DNA of 64,000 bases, taken from positions 22,716-86,715 of the forward strand of contig CAVAFU010000011.1 in the NCBI GenBank assembly GCA_963588325.1, in the 5' to 3' direction. Position numbers and translations under genes: made by a program. Shown piece by piece: positions 55,241 through 64,000 of this stretch. The notes beneath the pieces are model-generated. The model had not been told where the DNA came from, did not search any database, and saw only the letters and a list, made by a program, of their open reading frames with translations. Source of the stretch: Oribacterium sp. (lineage in GTDB: Bacteria; Bacillota; Bacilli; Lactobacillales; Streptococcaceae). Each line of letters starts with the position of its first letter. Position 1 is the first letter of the stretch.

Positions 55241-56499
55241 TTGATTTTCTCCATCATTTGCCGCATTTGGAAGCTTATGGAAATCCGCAATATTTTCTTT
55301 ATTTGATTGTGGCGGTACTTCCTATTTTTATCGGTTTATTTTTCAAGAAACGTTTTCCTATCTACGAAGCCTTGGTGAGCTTAGCTTTTATTGTCTTGAT
55401 GTTAACTGGTAAAAATCTCAATCAGTTAGTTTCTCTGCTAGCTTACGTTATTTGGCAAGTTTTTCTCGTTTTTTCTTACCATCATTATCGAAAGCAGCAC
55501 AATAATAAATGGATTTTCTACCTTTGGGTGTTCTTGTCAGTTTTTCCGCTGGCTTGGACTAAGGTGAGCCCGCTGATGACTATTGATAATCATCAGTCAC
55601 TATTTGGCTTTTTAGGAATTTCTTACTTGACCTTCCGAGCAGTCGGAATGATTATGGAAATGCGAGATGGTGTACTGAGTGAATTTACCTTGTGGGAATT
55701 CTTGCGTTTCTTGCTTTTCATGCCAACATTTTCAAGTGGACCGATTGACCGTTTCAAACGCTTTAACGAAGATTACGAGAATATCCCAGACAAAAATGAG
55801 CTTTTAGACATGCTAGAGCAAAGTGTTTACTATCTAATGTTGGGCTTTCTCTACAAGTTTATTCTGGCTTATATTTTTGGAAGTTTATTATTACCACCAC
55901 TTAAAGAATGTGCCCTACAAATGGGTGGTGTGTTCAACATTGCAACGCTTGGTGTCATGTATGCTTATGGTCTGGATTTGTTCTTTGACTTTGCAGGCTA
56001 CAGTATGTTCGCGCTAGCTATTTCGAATCTAATGGGAATTAAGAGCCCAGTGAACTTTGACCATCCCTTTAAGTCACGGGATTTAAAAGAATTCTGGAAT
56101 CGTTGGCACATGAGTTTGTCGTTCTGGTTCCGTGACTTTGTCTTTATGCGCTTGGTAAAGGTATTGGTCAAACACAAAGTTTTCAAAAATCGTAATGTTA
56201 CCTCAAGCGTCGCCTATATTGTTAACATGCTTGTCATGGGATTTTGGCATGGCGTGACTTGGTACTACATTACCTACGGGCTTTTCCATGGTATTGGGCT
56301 TGTGATTAACGATGCTTGGTTACGAAAGAAGAAAAAGATTAATCGAGAACGTAAGGCGCAAGATTTACAGCCTTTGCCAGATAACAAATGGACACAGGCA
56401 CTTGGTATGTTTATCACCTTTAATGTGGTGATGTTGTCATTCTTACTCTTTTCAGGTTTCTTGGACCAATTGTGGTTCCCAAAAACAGCTGGAAAATAA
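55237..56499 (+). CDS. dltB: MBOAT protein DltB
   Basis: [31 protein letters not shown]. Confidence 0.96.
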   Translation: MIDFLHHLPHLEAYGNPQYFLYLIVAVLPIFIGLFFKKRFPIYEALVSLAFIVLMLTGKNLNQLVSLLAYVIWQVFLVFSYHHYRKQHNNKWIFYLWVFLSVFPLAWTKVSPLMTIDNHQSLFGFLGISYLTFRAVGMIMEMRDGVLSEFTLWEFLRFLLFMPTFSSGPIDRFKRFNEDYENIPDKNELLDMLEQSVYYLMLGFLYKFILAYIFGSLLLPPLKECALQMGGVFNIATLGVMYAYGLDLFFDFAGYSMFALAISNLMGIKSPVNFDHPFKSRDLKEFWNRWHMSLSFWFRDFVFMRLVKVLVKHKVFKNRNVTSSVAYIVNMLVMGFWHGVTWYYITYGLFHGIGLVINDAWLRKKKKINRERKAQDLQPLPDNKWTQALGMFITFNVVMLSFLLFSGFLDQLWFPKTAGK

Positions 56500-56532
56500 A
56501 TTTATTTCATTATCATAAAAGGAGTTTATCAA

Positions 56533-56772
56533 ATGGATATTAAAACAGATGTATTAGCAATTATCGATGACCTTTTCATGGAAGACGTTTCTGACATGAT
56601 GGACGAAGATTTGTTCGATGCTGGTGTGCTAGATAGCATGGGAACAGTAGAACTTATCGTAGAATTAGAAAGCCATTTTGATATTGATATCCCAATTTCA
56701 GAATTTGGACGTAACGATTGGAATACGGCGAATAAAATTATTGCTGGAATAGAGGAATTATGTCATGCTTAA
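56533..56772 (+). CDS. dltC: D-alanyl carrier protein
   Basis: GVLDSMG phosphopantetheine site. Confidence 0.96.
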   Translation: MDIKTDVLAIIDDLFMEDVSDMMDEDLFDAGVLDSMGTVELIVELESHFDIDIPISEFGRNDWNTANKIIAGIEELCHA

Positions 56773-58027
56773 GCGCCTTTGGCAGATTCTAGGACCTGTT
56801 ATTTGTGCACTTTTAATAGTTGCTTTGATATTTGCTGGCGTTTCGACTTCTAATCATTCTCACTCTTTACAAGCTGAGAAAAAAGATGCTGTATCGCTCA
56901 GTAAAAATAGTTTCAAGAGTAAATATAAAAAAGTTCGTGCTTTGACAGATACCAAACATCGCTTTGTGCCGTTTTTTGGCTCTAGTGAATGGCTGCGCTT
57001 GGACAAAATGCACCCGTCAGTCCTAGCAGAAGCCTATCATCGCAACTATACTCCTTATTTATTAGGACAAAGAGGTTCTGCTTCGCTAACGCATTATTTT
57101 GGTATTCAACAGATTAATAAAGAGCTAAAAAATAAACAGGCTGTTTATGTCATTTCTCCGCAATGGTTTACTGCCAAGGGAGCAAGTGCTAGCGCTTTTC
57201 AAGAATATTTTAGTAGTGGACAAGCCATTGATTTCTTAAAAAATCAAACAGGCACCGCTTATGATAAATACGCTGCAAAACGTTTTTTGAAAATGTATCC
57301 TGATTCTTCCTTTAAGGATATGATGGAAAAAGTGGCTTCTGGCAAAACATTGAGCGCCTCAGAAAAGAAAAGTCTCGATACGCAAAACATGATTTTTGAA
57401 AAAGAAGATGCTCTATTTAGCCAAATTCCAACGCTTAATAATTATGATAGTAAGGTTAAACCACAAGCTAAAAAATTGCCTGCAGTTTTTTCTTATAACA
57501 AATTAGGCGCAATAGCGACAGTAGATGGAAAAAAGAACAGCTACAATAATACTTTTGACATTGATAACACCTTTTTTGACACACGACTTAAGACACAACT
57601 GAAACGATTAAAACATTCTCAAACAAAATTTAATTATTTAAAATCACCAGAATACAACGACTTACAATTGGTTCTTAACCAATTTGCACAAGACAATACA
57701 AATGTGCTCTTTGTTATTCCCCCAGTGAATAGCAAATGGGCAGCCTATACAGGTTTGAGCCAAGAAATGTATCAAAAAGCCGTTGCTAAAATAAAATATC
57801 AGCTGCAAAGCCAAGGTTTTACAAATATTGCTGATTTTTCAAAAGACGGTGACAAAGCTTACTTTATGCAAGACACCATTCATATGGGCTGGAATGGCTG
57901 GCTTGCGATGGATAAAGTTGTAAACCCATTTTTGAGTCAAAAACAAACTACTCCAACTTATCATATAAATGACCAATTTTTAAGCCAAAAATGGGCAAAT
58001 GAAACAAATCAGCCCAGTTCATTCTAA
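56765..58027 (+). CDS. dltD: DltD
   Basis: [21 protein letters not shown]. Confidence 0.96.
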   Translation: MLKRLWQILGPVICALLIVALIFAGVSTSNHSHSLQAEKKDAVSLSKNSFKSKYKKVRALTDTKHRFVPFFGSSEWLRLDKMHPSVLAEAYHRNYTPYLLGQRGSASLTHYFGIQQINKELKNKQAVYVISPQWFTAKGASASAFQEYFSSGQAIDFLKNQTGTAYDKYAAKRFLKMYPDSSFKDMMEKVASGKTLSASEKKSLDTQNMIFEKEDALFSQIPTLNNYDSKVKPQAKKLPAVFSYNKLGAIATVDGKKNSYNNTFDIDNTFFDTRLKTQLKRLKHSQTKFNYLKSPEYNDLQLVLNQFAQDNTNVLFVIPPVNSKWAAYTGLSQEMYQKAVAKIKYQLQSQGFTNIADFSKDGDKAYFMQDTIHMGWNGWLAMDKVVNPFLSQKQTTPTYHINDQFLSQKWANETNQPSSF

Positions 58028-58151
58028 CCCCAAATTCTCAAAAATGACTCCAAGCTTTAAACTTGGAGTTTTTTTGCTGTAAGAAAAATGTCATTAAGAT
58101 GTATTGAAATTTTCATATTTACAAATTTCTAAATATGGGTAAAGAAGATAG

Positions 58152-58176
58152 TATAATACAAATGTAAGCGTTTTAC
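58152..58176 (+). promoter_or_regulatory. -10 and cre site of microprotein gene 2
   Basis: TATAAT then TGTAAGCGTTTTAC. Confidence 0.65.
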
Positions 58177-58219
58177 AAAACTAAAAATCATTACTGTTAA
58201 AACGCCAAGGAAGGGGACA

Positions 58220-58399
58220 ATGTTAAAAGAAATTAGTACGTATGTTAGGATTGTGGATTTATTGCTTGCGATATTATTAATCTTAGACAAAGGGGTTAAA
58301 AGCATTTTAGTTATAGCAATAATCATTTATTTTATTTCTGCATTTGTGCAGTTGTTGATGACCTACAAACGTTTAAAAATAGCAAATCATTATCATTAA
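58220..58399 (+). CDS. 59-aa two-TM membrane microprotein, paralog 2 (not in ORF track)
   Basis: AAGGAAGGGG RBS; MLKEISTYVRIVDLLLAILLILDKGVKSILVIAIIIYFISAFVQLLMTYKRLKIANHYH; ungapped match to 53167. Confidence 0.8.
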   Translation: MLKEISTYVRIVDLLLAILLILDKGVKSILVIAIIIYFISAFVQLLMTYKRLKIANHYH

Positions 58400-58550
58400 T
58401 TTAATTAAGATTTCGCTTTCTGGCTTGTTATTTTTATTTCTAAAATCATTTTTAACCTTTTGGTAGTCTGTGATTTTTGCGTTTAAAACGCTTAAAATTG
58501 CTAATTAACTTTTGGAGAATTTCTCCCGACTATCATACAGGAGGTTTTTA

Positions 58551-59957
58551 ATGATGCGAAAAGTTTTACAAGTCATTTTGCTCACTTTTCTAGGACTCGG
58601 CACGTTGCTACCAAGCTCAAAAGTCCATGCTGTTGAGACTAATCGGCAGGGAAATGTCTCCGTGACAAATACTAGTATTGTTATCAATAATTATGAATTT
58701 GGTCCTGGTGTGGATAAAGTCGTTTTGCAAACGAATGCGTACTTACGAAGTGTAGATGCAAGTTCGGCAACTGTGACAACGGCAGGAGTAGTACGCCAAG
58801 TCACAAATGCTTATTTATCAGATGCTAATGGCAATGCTGTGCAGTCTTGGGGTGGTCGAAATGCTAGTCAATACATCACACTAGAATTGAGTGTCAGTTA
58901 CAATACTGATGACCCAGCACAAAGCGCCTCACCATTTAGTTTTGATTTGAGTACTTATCGCAATACTTGGGTGAGTAGTTATGTTGTTGAGGTTGCTGGT
59001 TTAACTGTAACGCCGCTTTACGGCTATAATAACAGTCAATTGAGTTCTCAACAGGAAGCCATTGACAATAAAATCACCCCTTCAGCTGACCGTTTTGCAG
59101 AACGTGGCAGTTATAGTTTAGCTTATGCTGCTTATCAACCTGAGGCAGCAGTAGGTGGTGAGAAAAATCCATTGATTGTGTGGTTGCATGGCATTGGCGA
59201 AGCAGGGACGGATATTAATTTCCCGCTTTTAGCTAATGAAGTCAATCAATTAACAGAAGAAACTATTCAAAATCACTTTGCATCAACTGGAACAGGTTCC
59301 CAACGTGGCGCTTATGTTTTAGTTCCACAATCACCAACAGCTTGGGGACAAAATCAAGCAGCCTTGATGGATACAATTAATCAATATATTGCGGCTCATC
59401 CAGATGTTGATAGCAATCGTGTGTATGTGATGGGTGGCTCAAATGGAGCTGCTATGGCAGTCCAAATGGGGCTCACTTATCAAAATACCTTTGCAGCCTT
59501 GGTACCAGTTGCCGCACCCCTTTCTTATCAAATGACAATAGCTGATAGTGGCGAGGAAATTTACAGCTTAGATGAAAGCACACTAACAGCTTTAAAAGAC
59601 CAACCAATGTGGTTTATCACCGCTCGTTCAGACGCCAGCGTTCCTGTGGATACAAATACCTTGCCGTATTACAAAGCTTTGCTCAATGGCGGAGCTACTA
59701 ATAAATGGCTCACTTACTACGAAAGCGTCGTTGGTACAGAGTTAGCCCAAGAATACAATGGTCACTGGTCTTGGATTTATCTCTTTCATGACCAAGCCAC
59801 AGGCGTTCAAAATACAAATAACGTTATGACATGGTCAGGATTAACTGGCATGGTTGCAACAAATCCAACCAATGGTGGCGATGCCACCGCTCTAGTCAAC
59901 GGTGTTTCTTATAACAATATTTTCGACTGGCTGAACGCTCAATACACAACCAATTAA
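58551..59957 (+). CDS. Secreted alpha/beta-hydrolase (esterase/peptidase) with N-terminal beta-rich domain
   Basis: AGGAGG RBS, signal peptide ending VHA, WLHGIGE oxyanion motif, GGSNG nucleophile, GHWSW catalytic His. Confidence 0.82.
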   Translation: MMRKVLQVILLTFLGLGTLLPSSKVHAVETNRQGNVSVTNTSIVINNYEFGPGVDKVVLQTNAYLRSVDASSATVTTAGVVRQVTNAYLSDANGNAVQSWGGRNASQYITLELSVSYNTDDPAQSASPFSFDLSTYRNTWVSSYVVEVAGLTVTPLYGYNNSQLSSQQEAIDNKITPSADRFAERGSYSLAYAAYQPEAAVGGEKNPLIVWLHGIGEAGTDINFPLLANEVNQLTEETIQNHFASTGTGSQRGAYVLVPQSPTAWGQNQAALMDTINQYIAAHPDVDSNRVYVMGGSNGAAMAVQMGLTYQNTFAALVPVAAPLSYQMTIADSGEEIYSLDESTLTALKDQPMWFITARSDASVPVDTNTLPYYKALLNGGATNKWLTYYESVVGTELAQEYNGHWSWIYLFHDQATGVQNTNNVMTWSGLTGMVATNPTNGGDATALVNGVSYNNIFDWLNAQYTTN

Positions 59958-60002
59958 AACTAAAACCACCTCCTTACCAAAATGATAAGGAGGTGATTGT
60001 TA

Positions 60003-60884
60003 TTATGAAATTTTTTCGATTAAGCGAACTAAATCTTTGGCTTCTTTTGAAAGGATAGCGTGTCTTGAATGAGCGTAGCTAACGTAGAATGAGATGCGGT
60101 CTTGTTCAGCTAGCGGAACTTTGACTAATTGGTCGGAATCCGATGTCAAAGCGATATCAGATAACAATGAAATTCCCATATTTTCAGCAACCATTTGCTT
60201 AATAACTGACACATCATCAATTTTAAACAAGATAGTTGCTTGGTCATGATAACGGTGATTAAGCTGATTAAAGGCTGTTAGGTGAATATTATGTTCGTCC
60301 AATAAAATAAATTTTTCATAAAGAATATCTTGGAAAGATAGCTCTTTTTTATTTGCCAAAGGATGTTCCTTAGAAAGTACAACATAAAAATCTTTTTTAA
60401 AGAGTGGGTGAATAATTAATTGCTCATTTTTTAGCGGAGCCAGAGACCCCAACAAACTGAAATCTAATTGTCCATCTAGCAACTTCATCATCAAGCTATT
60501 AGAGCCCCCACGAACAGCTTTAACTTGTGAAAATGGGTCAATGCTTTCGTTTTTATGAAGAAGTTCCGTGAGCAAATAATTGCAGATAATCGGTGGAAAA
60601 CCGACAGCCATCATAGGATTAAGTGATTGATGGACTTCATTAACCGCTGTTTTTATTTGAAGTAGAACATCTTCAACATGACTCTGGAAAATGTCACCTT
60701 GCAAAGTAAGAGCTGCCGAACGGTGTGAAGGGTCTTTGATGACCAAATCACAGCCCAATTCCTTTTCAAGTCGCTTAATAGCATAGGTAATCGTTGGTTG
60801 GCTGACTTGGAAATATTGAGCAGCACCAGTATAAGATTTTAGCTTTGCTAGTTGGTAGAAATATTCTAAATCTCGTAAATTCAT
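60003..60884 (-). CDS. mleR: LysR-family malolactic regulator
   Basis: SQPTITYAIKRLE HTH; divergent from mleS. Confidence 0.88.
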   Translation of the reverse strand: MNLRDLEYFYQLAKLKSYTGAAQYFQVSQPTITYAIKRLEKELGCDLVIKDPSHRSAALTLQGDIFQSHVEDVLLQIKTAVNEVHQSLNPMMAVGFPPIICNYLLTELLHKNESIDPFSQVKAVRGGSNSLMMKLLDGQLDFSLLGSLAPLKNEQLIIHPLFKKDFYVVLSKEHPLANKKELSFQDILYEKFILLDEHNIHLTAFNQLNHRYHDQATILFKIDDVSVIKQMVAENMGISLLSDIALTSDSDQLVKVPLAEQDRISFYVSYAHSRHAILSKEAKDLVRLIEKIS

Positions 60885-61040
60885 TCAGACCTCCTTGTTT
60901 TATTTTACCATAATCTTTTAAAACTTATTATAAATAATATTTATTAAAACTATGGTGTTTGACTATAAGAAGTGGAACAGTTTATAATGACCGGCATAAG
61001 AAATTTCTTCTTATTTAATATATCTTTAGGAGGATTCGTC

Positions 61041-62663
61041 ATGCGTGGACATGATATTTTGAACAACCCTTTCTTAAATAAGGGTACTGCTTTTACAATG
61101 GAAGAAAGAAAAGAACTAGGTTTGGTCGGTATTTTGCCCCCATACGTCCAAACGTTGGAAGAACAAGCTGAACAAGCTTACCAACATTTCTTGCGTAAAC
61201 CATCAAATCTTGAAAAACGTCATTTCTTGATGGAAATCTTCAACACAAACCGTACACTTTTCTACTACCTATTCAACCAACATATTGTTGAATTCAACCC
61301 AATCGTGTACGATCCAGTTATTGCTGAAACAATCGAAGAATACAGTGAATTGTACGTTGACCCACAATATGCTGCTTACCTTGATATTAACCATCCTGAA
61401 AATATCGAAGAAACACTTAAAAATGCTGCTGGTGACCGTGACATTCGTTTGATTGTTGTTACAGATGCTGAAGGTATTCTTGGTATTGGTGACTGGGGTG
61501 TTCAAGGTGTGGACATTTCTGTTGGTAAATTGATGATTTACACAGCTGCTGCTGGTATTGACCCTGCTTCAGTTATGCCACTTGTTATCGATGCTGGTAC
61601 AAACCGCAAAGAACTTTTGGATAACCCAATGTACCTTGGTAACCGTCACGAACGTGTCACTGGTGACCAATACTATGAATTTATCGATAAATTCGTTCAA
61701 ACAGCTGAAAATATGTTCCCTAAATTGTACCTTCACTGGGAAGATTTCGGTCGTTCAAATGCTGCGAACATTCTTAACAAATACAAAAAAGAAATTCCAA
61801 CATTTAACGATGATATTCAAGGAACAGGTATCGTTGTTCTTGGTGGTATCTTCGGTGCTATGGACATTACTGGCGAAAAATTAACTGACCAAGTTTACCT
61901 TTGCTACGGTGGTGGTTCTGCTGGTGCTGGTATTGCTGACCGTGTTCATGCTGAAATGGTTTCAGAAGGACTTTCATCAGAAGAAGCTTACAAACATTTC
62001 TTCATGATTGACAAACAAGGTCTTCTTTTCGATGACATGGAAGATTTGACACCTGCTCAAAAACCATTTGCTAAAAAACGTGAAGATTTTGCAAACTGCG
62101 GTGATATGACTAAACTTCTTGATGTCATTAAAGCTGTTAAACCAACAATCTTGGTTGGTACATCTACAGATGCTGGTGCCTTCACTAAAGAAGTCGTTGA
62201 AGCAATGTGTGAAAATACTGAACGTCCAGTTATCTTCCCAATTTCTAACCCAACTAAGAAATTAGAAGCAACTGCTGAACAAGTTATTGAATGGTCAGAC
62301 GGTAAAGCCTTCGTTGCTACTGGTGTTCCTTCAGGTACAGTTAGCTACAAAGGTGTTGATTACCAAATCGGTCAAGCAAACAACGCCCTAATCTACCCAG
62401 GTCTTGGTCTTGGTATGTTAGCTTCAGAAGCTTCACTTCTTACAGATGAAATGATTGGTGCTGCAGCTCACTCACTAAGTGGTCTTGTAGATCCAGGTCA
62501 ACCAGGTGCTCCAGTTCTTCCTCCATTCCAATACGTTGCTGAAGTTTCTATCAAAGTTGCCGAAGCTGTTGCTAAAAAAGCACAAGAACAAGGATTGGCT
62601 CAAGCTGAAGAAAAAGATATGGCTAAAGCTGTTCGCGACCTTAAATGGTATCCAAAATATTAA
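61041..62663 (+). CDS. mleS: Malolactic enzyme
   Basis: [31 protein letters not shown]. Confidence 0.95.
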   Translation: MRGHDILNNPFLNKGTAFTMEERKELGLVGILPPYVQTLEEQAEQAYQHFLRKPSNLEKRHFLMEIFNTNRTLFYYLFNQHIVEFNPIVYDPVIAETIEEYSELYVDPQYAAYLDINHPENIEETLKNAAGDRDIRLIVVTDAEGILGIGDWGVQGVDISVGKLMIYTAAAGIDPASVMPLVIDAGTNRKELLDNPMYLGNRHERVTGDQYYEFIDKFVQTAENMFPKLYLHWEDFGRSNAANILNKYKKEIPTFNDDIQGTGIVVLGGIFGAMDITGEKLTDQVYLCYGGGSAGAGIADRVHAEMVSEGLSSEEAYKHFFMIDKQGLLFDDMEDLTPAQKPFAKKREDFANCGDMTKLLDVIKAVKPTILVGTSTDAGAFTKEVVEAMCENTERPVIFPISNPTKKLEATAEQVIEWSDGKAFVATGVPSGTVSYKGVDYQIGQANNALIYPGLGLGMLASEASLLTDEMIGAAAHSLSGLVDPGQPGAPVLPPFQYVAEVSIKVAEAVAKKAQEQGLAQAEEKDMAKAVRDLKWYPKY

Positions 62664-62684
62664 TTTAGGAGGATAACCATTCGT

Positions 62685-63956
62685 ATGAAAAAGTTATCTA
62701 ATATTAAAATCGCGGGTCTTTCCCTTCCACTTTATGCAGCACTAGTTGTCATTTTAGCCATTGTTATTGCGATGGGAAAACTTCCGCTCAACATGGTTGG
62801 AATTACATTCATGTTGGTCGTTTTAGGACACCTTTTCTATTTCATTGGTGAAAAATTACCATTTTGGAATACTTACCTAGGTGGTGGGTCAGTCTTTACG
62901 TTGTTGCTAGCGGCGATTTTAGCTTCAACAGGATTGATTCCTAAAGATGTTGTTTCAGCGACATCAAGTTTTATGAGTGATTGGGGCTTCTTGGATTTCT
63001 ACATTGCAGCTCTTATTTGTGGCTCAATCTTAGGGATGAACCGTAAATTATTGGTTAAAGCTTCTGCTAAATTCATCCCAGTAGCGTTGATTTCAATGGT
63101 TATTGGTTTCTTTGCAACAGGTGCTGTTGGAGCTTTGCTTGGTCAAGGTTTCGGACATTCTGTTATGTACATTTCATTTGCCCAAATGGCAGGAGGAATG
63201 GGAGCAGGGATTGTTCCATTGTCTAAAATCTATGCAGCTGGTTTGCATACTGATGCTTCATCAATCTTGTCACAATTAGCCCCAGCAACAACACTCGGAA
63301 ATATCTTTGCCATTATTGGTGCGATTGTGTTGGCGCGTGGATTTGCTAATACAAAATTTAATGGACATGGTGTGCTTATCCCTGTGGATAAAGATGATTT
63401 AGAAAAACAACCTGTAACTTTGGACCCAACGAAAATTGGTGTCGGAATGATGCTTGCTTTTGCTCTTTTCCTTATTGGTGTCATTCTCAATGCTTTTGTT
63501 CCAAAAGTTCATAGTTATGCCTTTATGATTATCATTGTCTTTGTCCTTAAAGCCCTTGATATTGTGCCAAAACCACTAGAAGAAACAGTTGTTATGTTTA
63601 ACCGCGTGATTATGACTAACTTAACTCACGCCGTCCTTGCTGGTATCGGTCTAGCAATGATTGATTTGACATCATTAGCACAAGCGATGACATGGCAATT
63701 CGTCCTTATCAGTTTAACATCCGTTGTCTCAATGGGACTTGCAAGCTGGATTTTGGGACAAGTTCTCGGTATGTATCCAGTTGAAACAGCTATCGGTGCA
63801 GGTATGATTAACAATTCCATGGGTGGTACAGGAAACATCGCTGTACTTTCTGCGGCAGACCGCATGGAAATGATTGCCTTTGCCCAAATGGCTAACCGTC
63901 TTGGCGGTGCAATTGTCCTCATTTTAGGAGGCATCCTTATTCAATTTTTACATTAA
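62685..63956 (+). CDS. mleP: 2-hydroxycarboxylate (malate) permease
   Basis: LGGG, GSILGMNR, GGMGAG, GGTGN..RLGG 2-HCT motifs. Confidence 0.9.
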   Translation: MKKLSNIKIAGLSLPLYAALVVILAIVIAMGKLPLNMVGITFMLVVLGHLFYFIGEKLPFWNTYLGGGSVFTLLLAAILASTGLIPKDVVSATSSFMSDWGFLDFYIAALICGSILGMNRKLLVKASAKFIPVALISMVIGFFATGAVGALLGQGFGHSVMYISFAQMAGGMGAGIVPLSKIYAAGLHTDASSILSQLAPATTLGNIFAIIGAIVLARGFANTKFNGHGVLIPVDKDDLEKQPVTLDPTKIGVGMMLAFALFLIGVILNAFVPKVHSYAFMIIIVFVLKALDIVPKPLEETVVMFNRVIMTNLTHAVLAGIGLAMIDLTSLAQAMTWQFVLISLTSVVSMGLASWILGQVLGMYPVETAIGAGMINNSMGGTGNIAVLSAADRMEMIAFAQMANRLGGAIVLILGGILIQFLH

Positions 63957-64000
63957 TTCAACAACTACTTACTCCTTTAAAATTTATGTGAATAACCTTC

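Overview
This is a low-GC streptococcal chromosome segment. Gene content and protein sequences suggest the Streptococcus bovis/equinus (S. gallolyticus-like) group, which is an inference. The core backbone is tadA-ffs(SRP RNA)-pgi, dapH-dapL, 5-FCL/rhomboid, galU-gpsA, queH, dut-radA, gltX, argG-argH, rnpA-yidC-jag, rpmH, a V-type (Ntp) ATPase operon, dltXABCD and mleR-mleSP. Accessory blocks are interspersed: three orphan MFS exporters with a duplicated promoter/terminator cassette architecture, an orphan LanFEG-type ABC plus two-component system, a LytTR/DUF3021 regulatory system with an ABC exporter, and a xylR-xylAB-phosphoketolase island. No cas genes, IS transposases, phage genes, rRNA or tRNA were recognised. 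Signals absent from the ORF track: (i) a CiaR-dependent csRNA; (ii) a switch-like three-way-junction leader upstream of dapH; (iii) two genes (radA, xylR) that apparently must start at ATC; (iv) a five-unit modular hairpin array inside the ntp operon whose units keep their geometry while swapping stem sequences; (v) a large nested structure with a BOX-like core between argG and argH; (vi) twin 59-aa membrane microproteins with matching promoter architecture bracketing the dlt operon.
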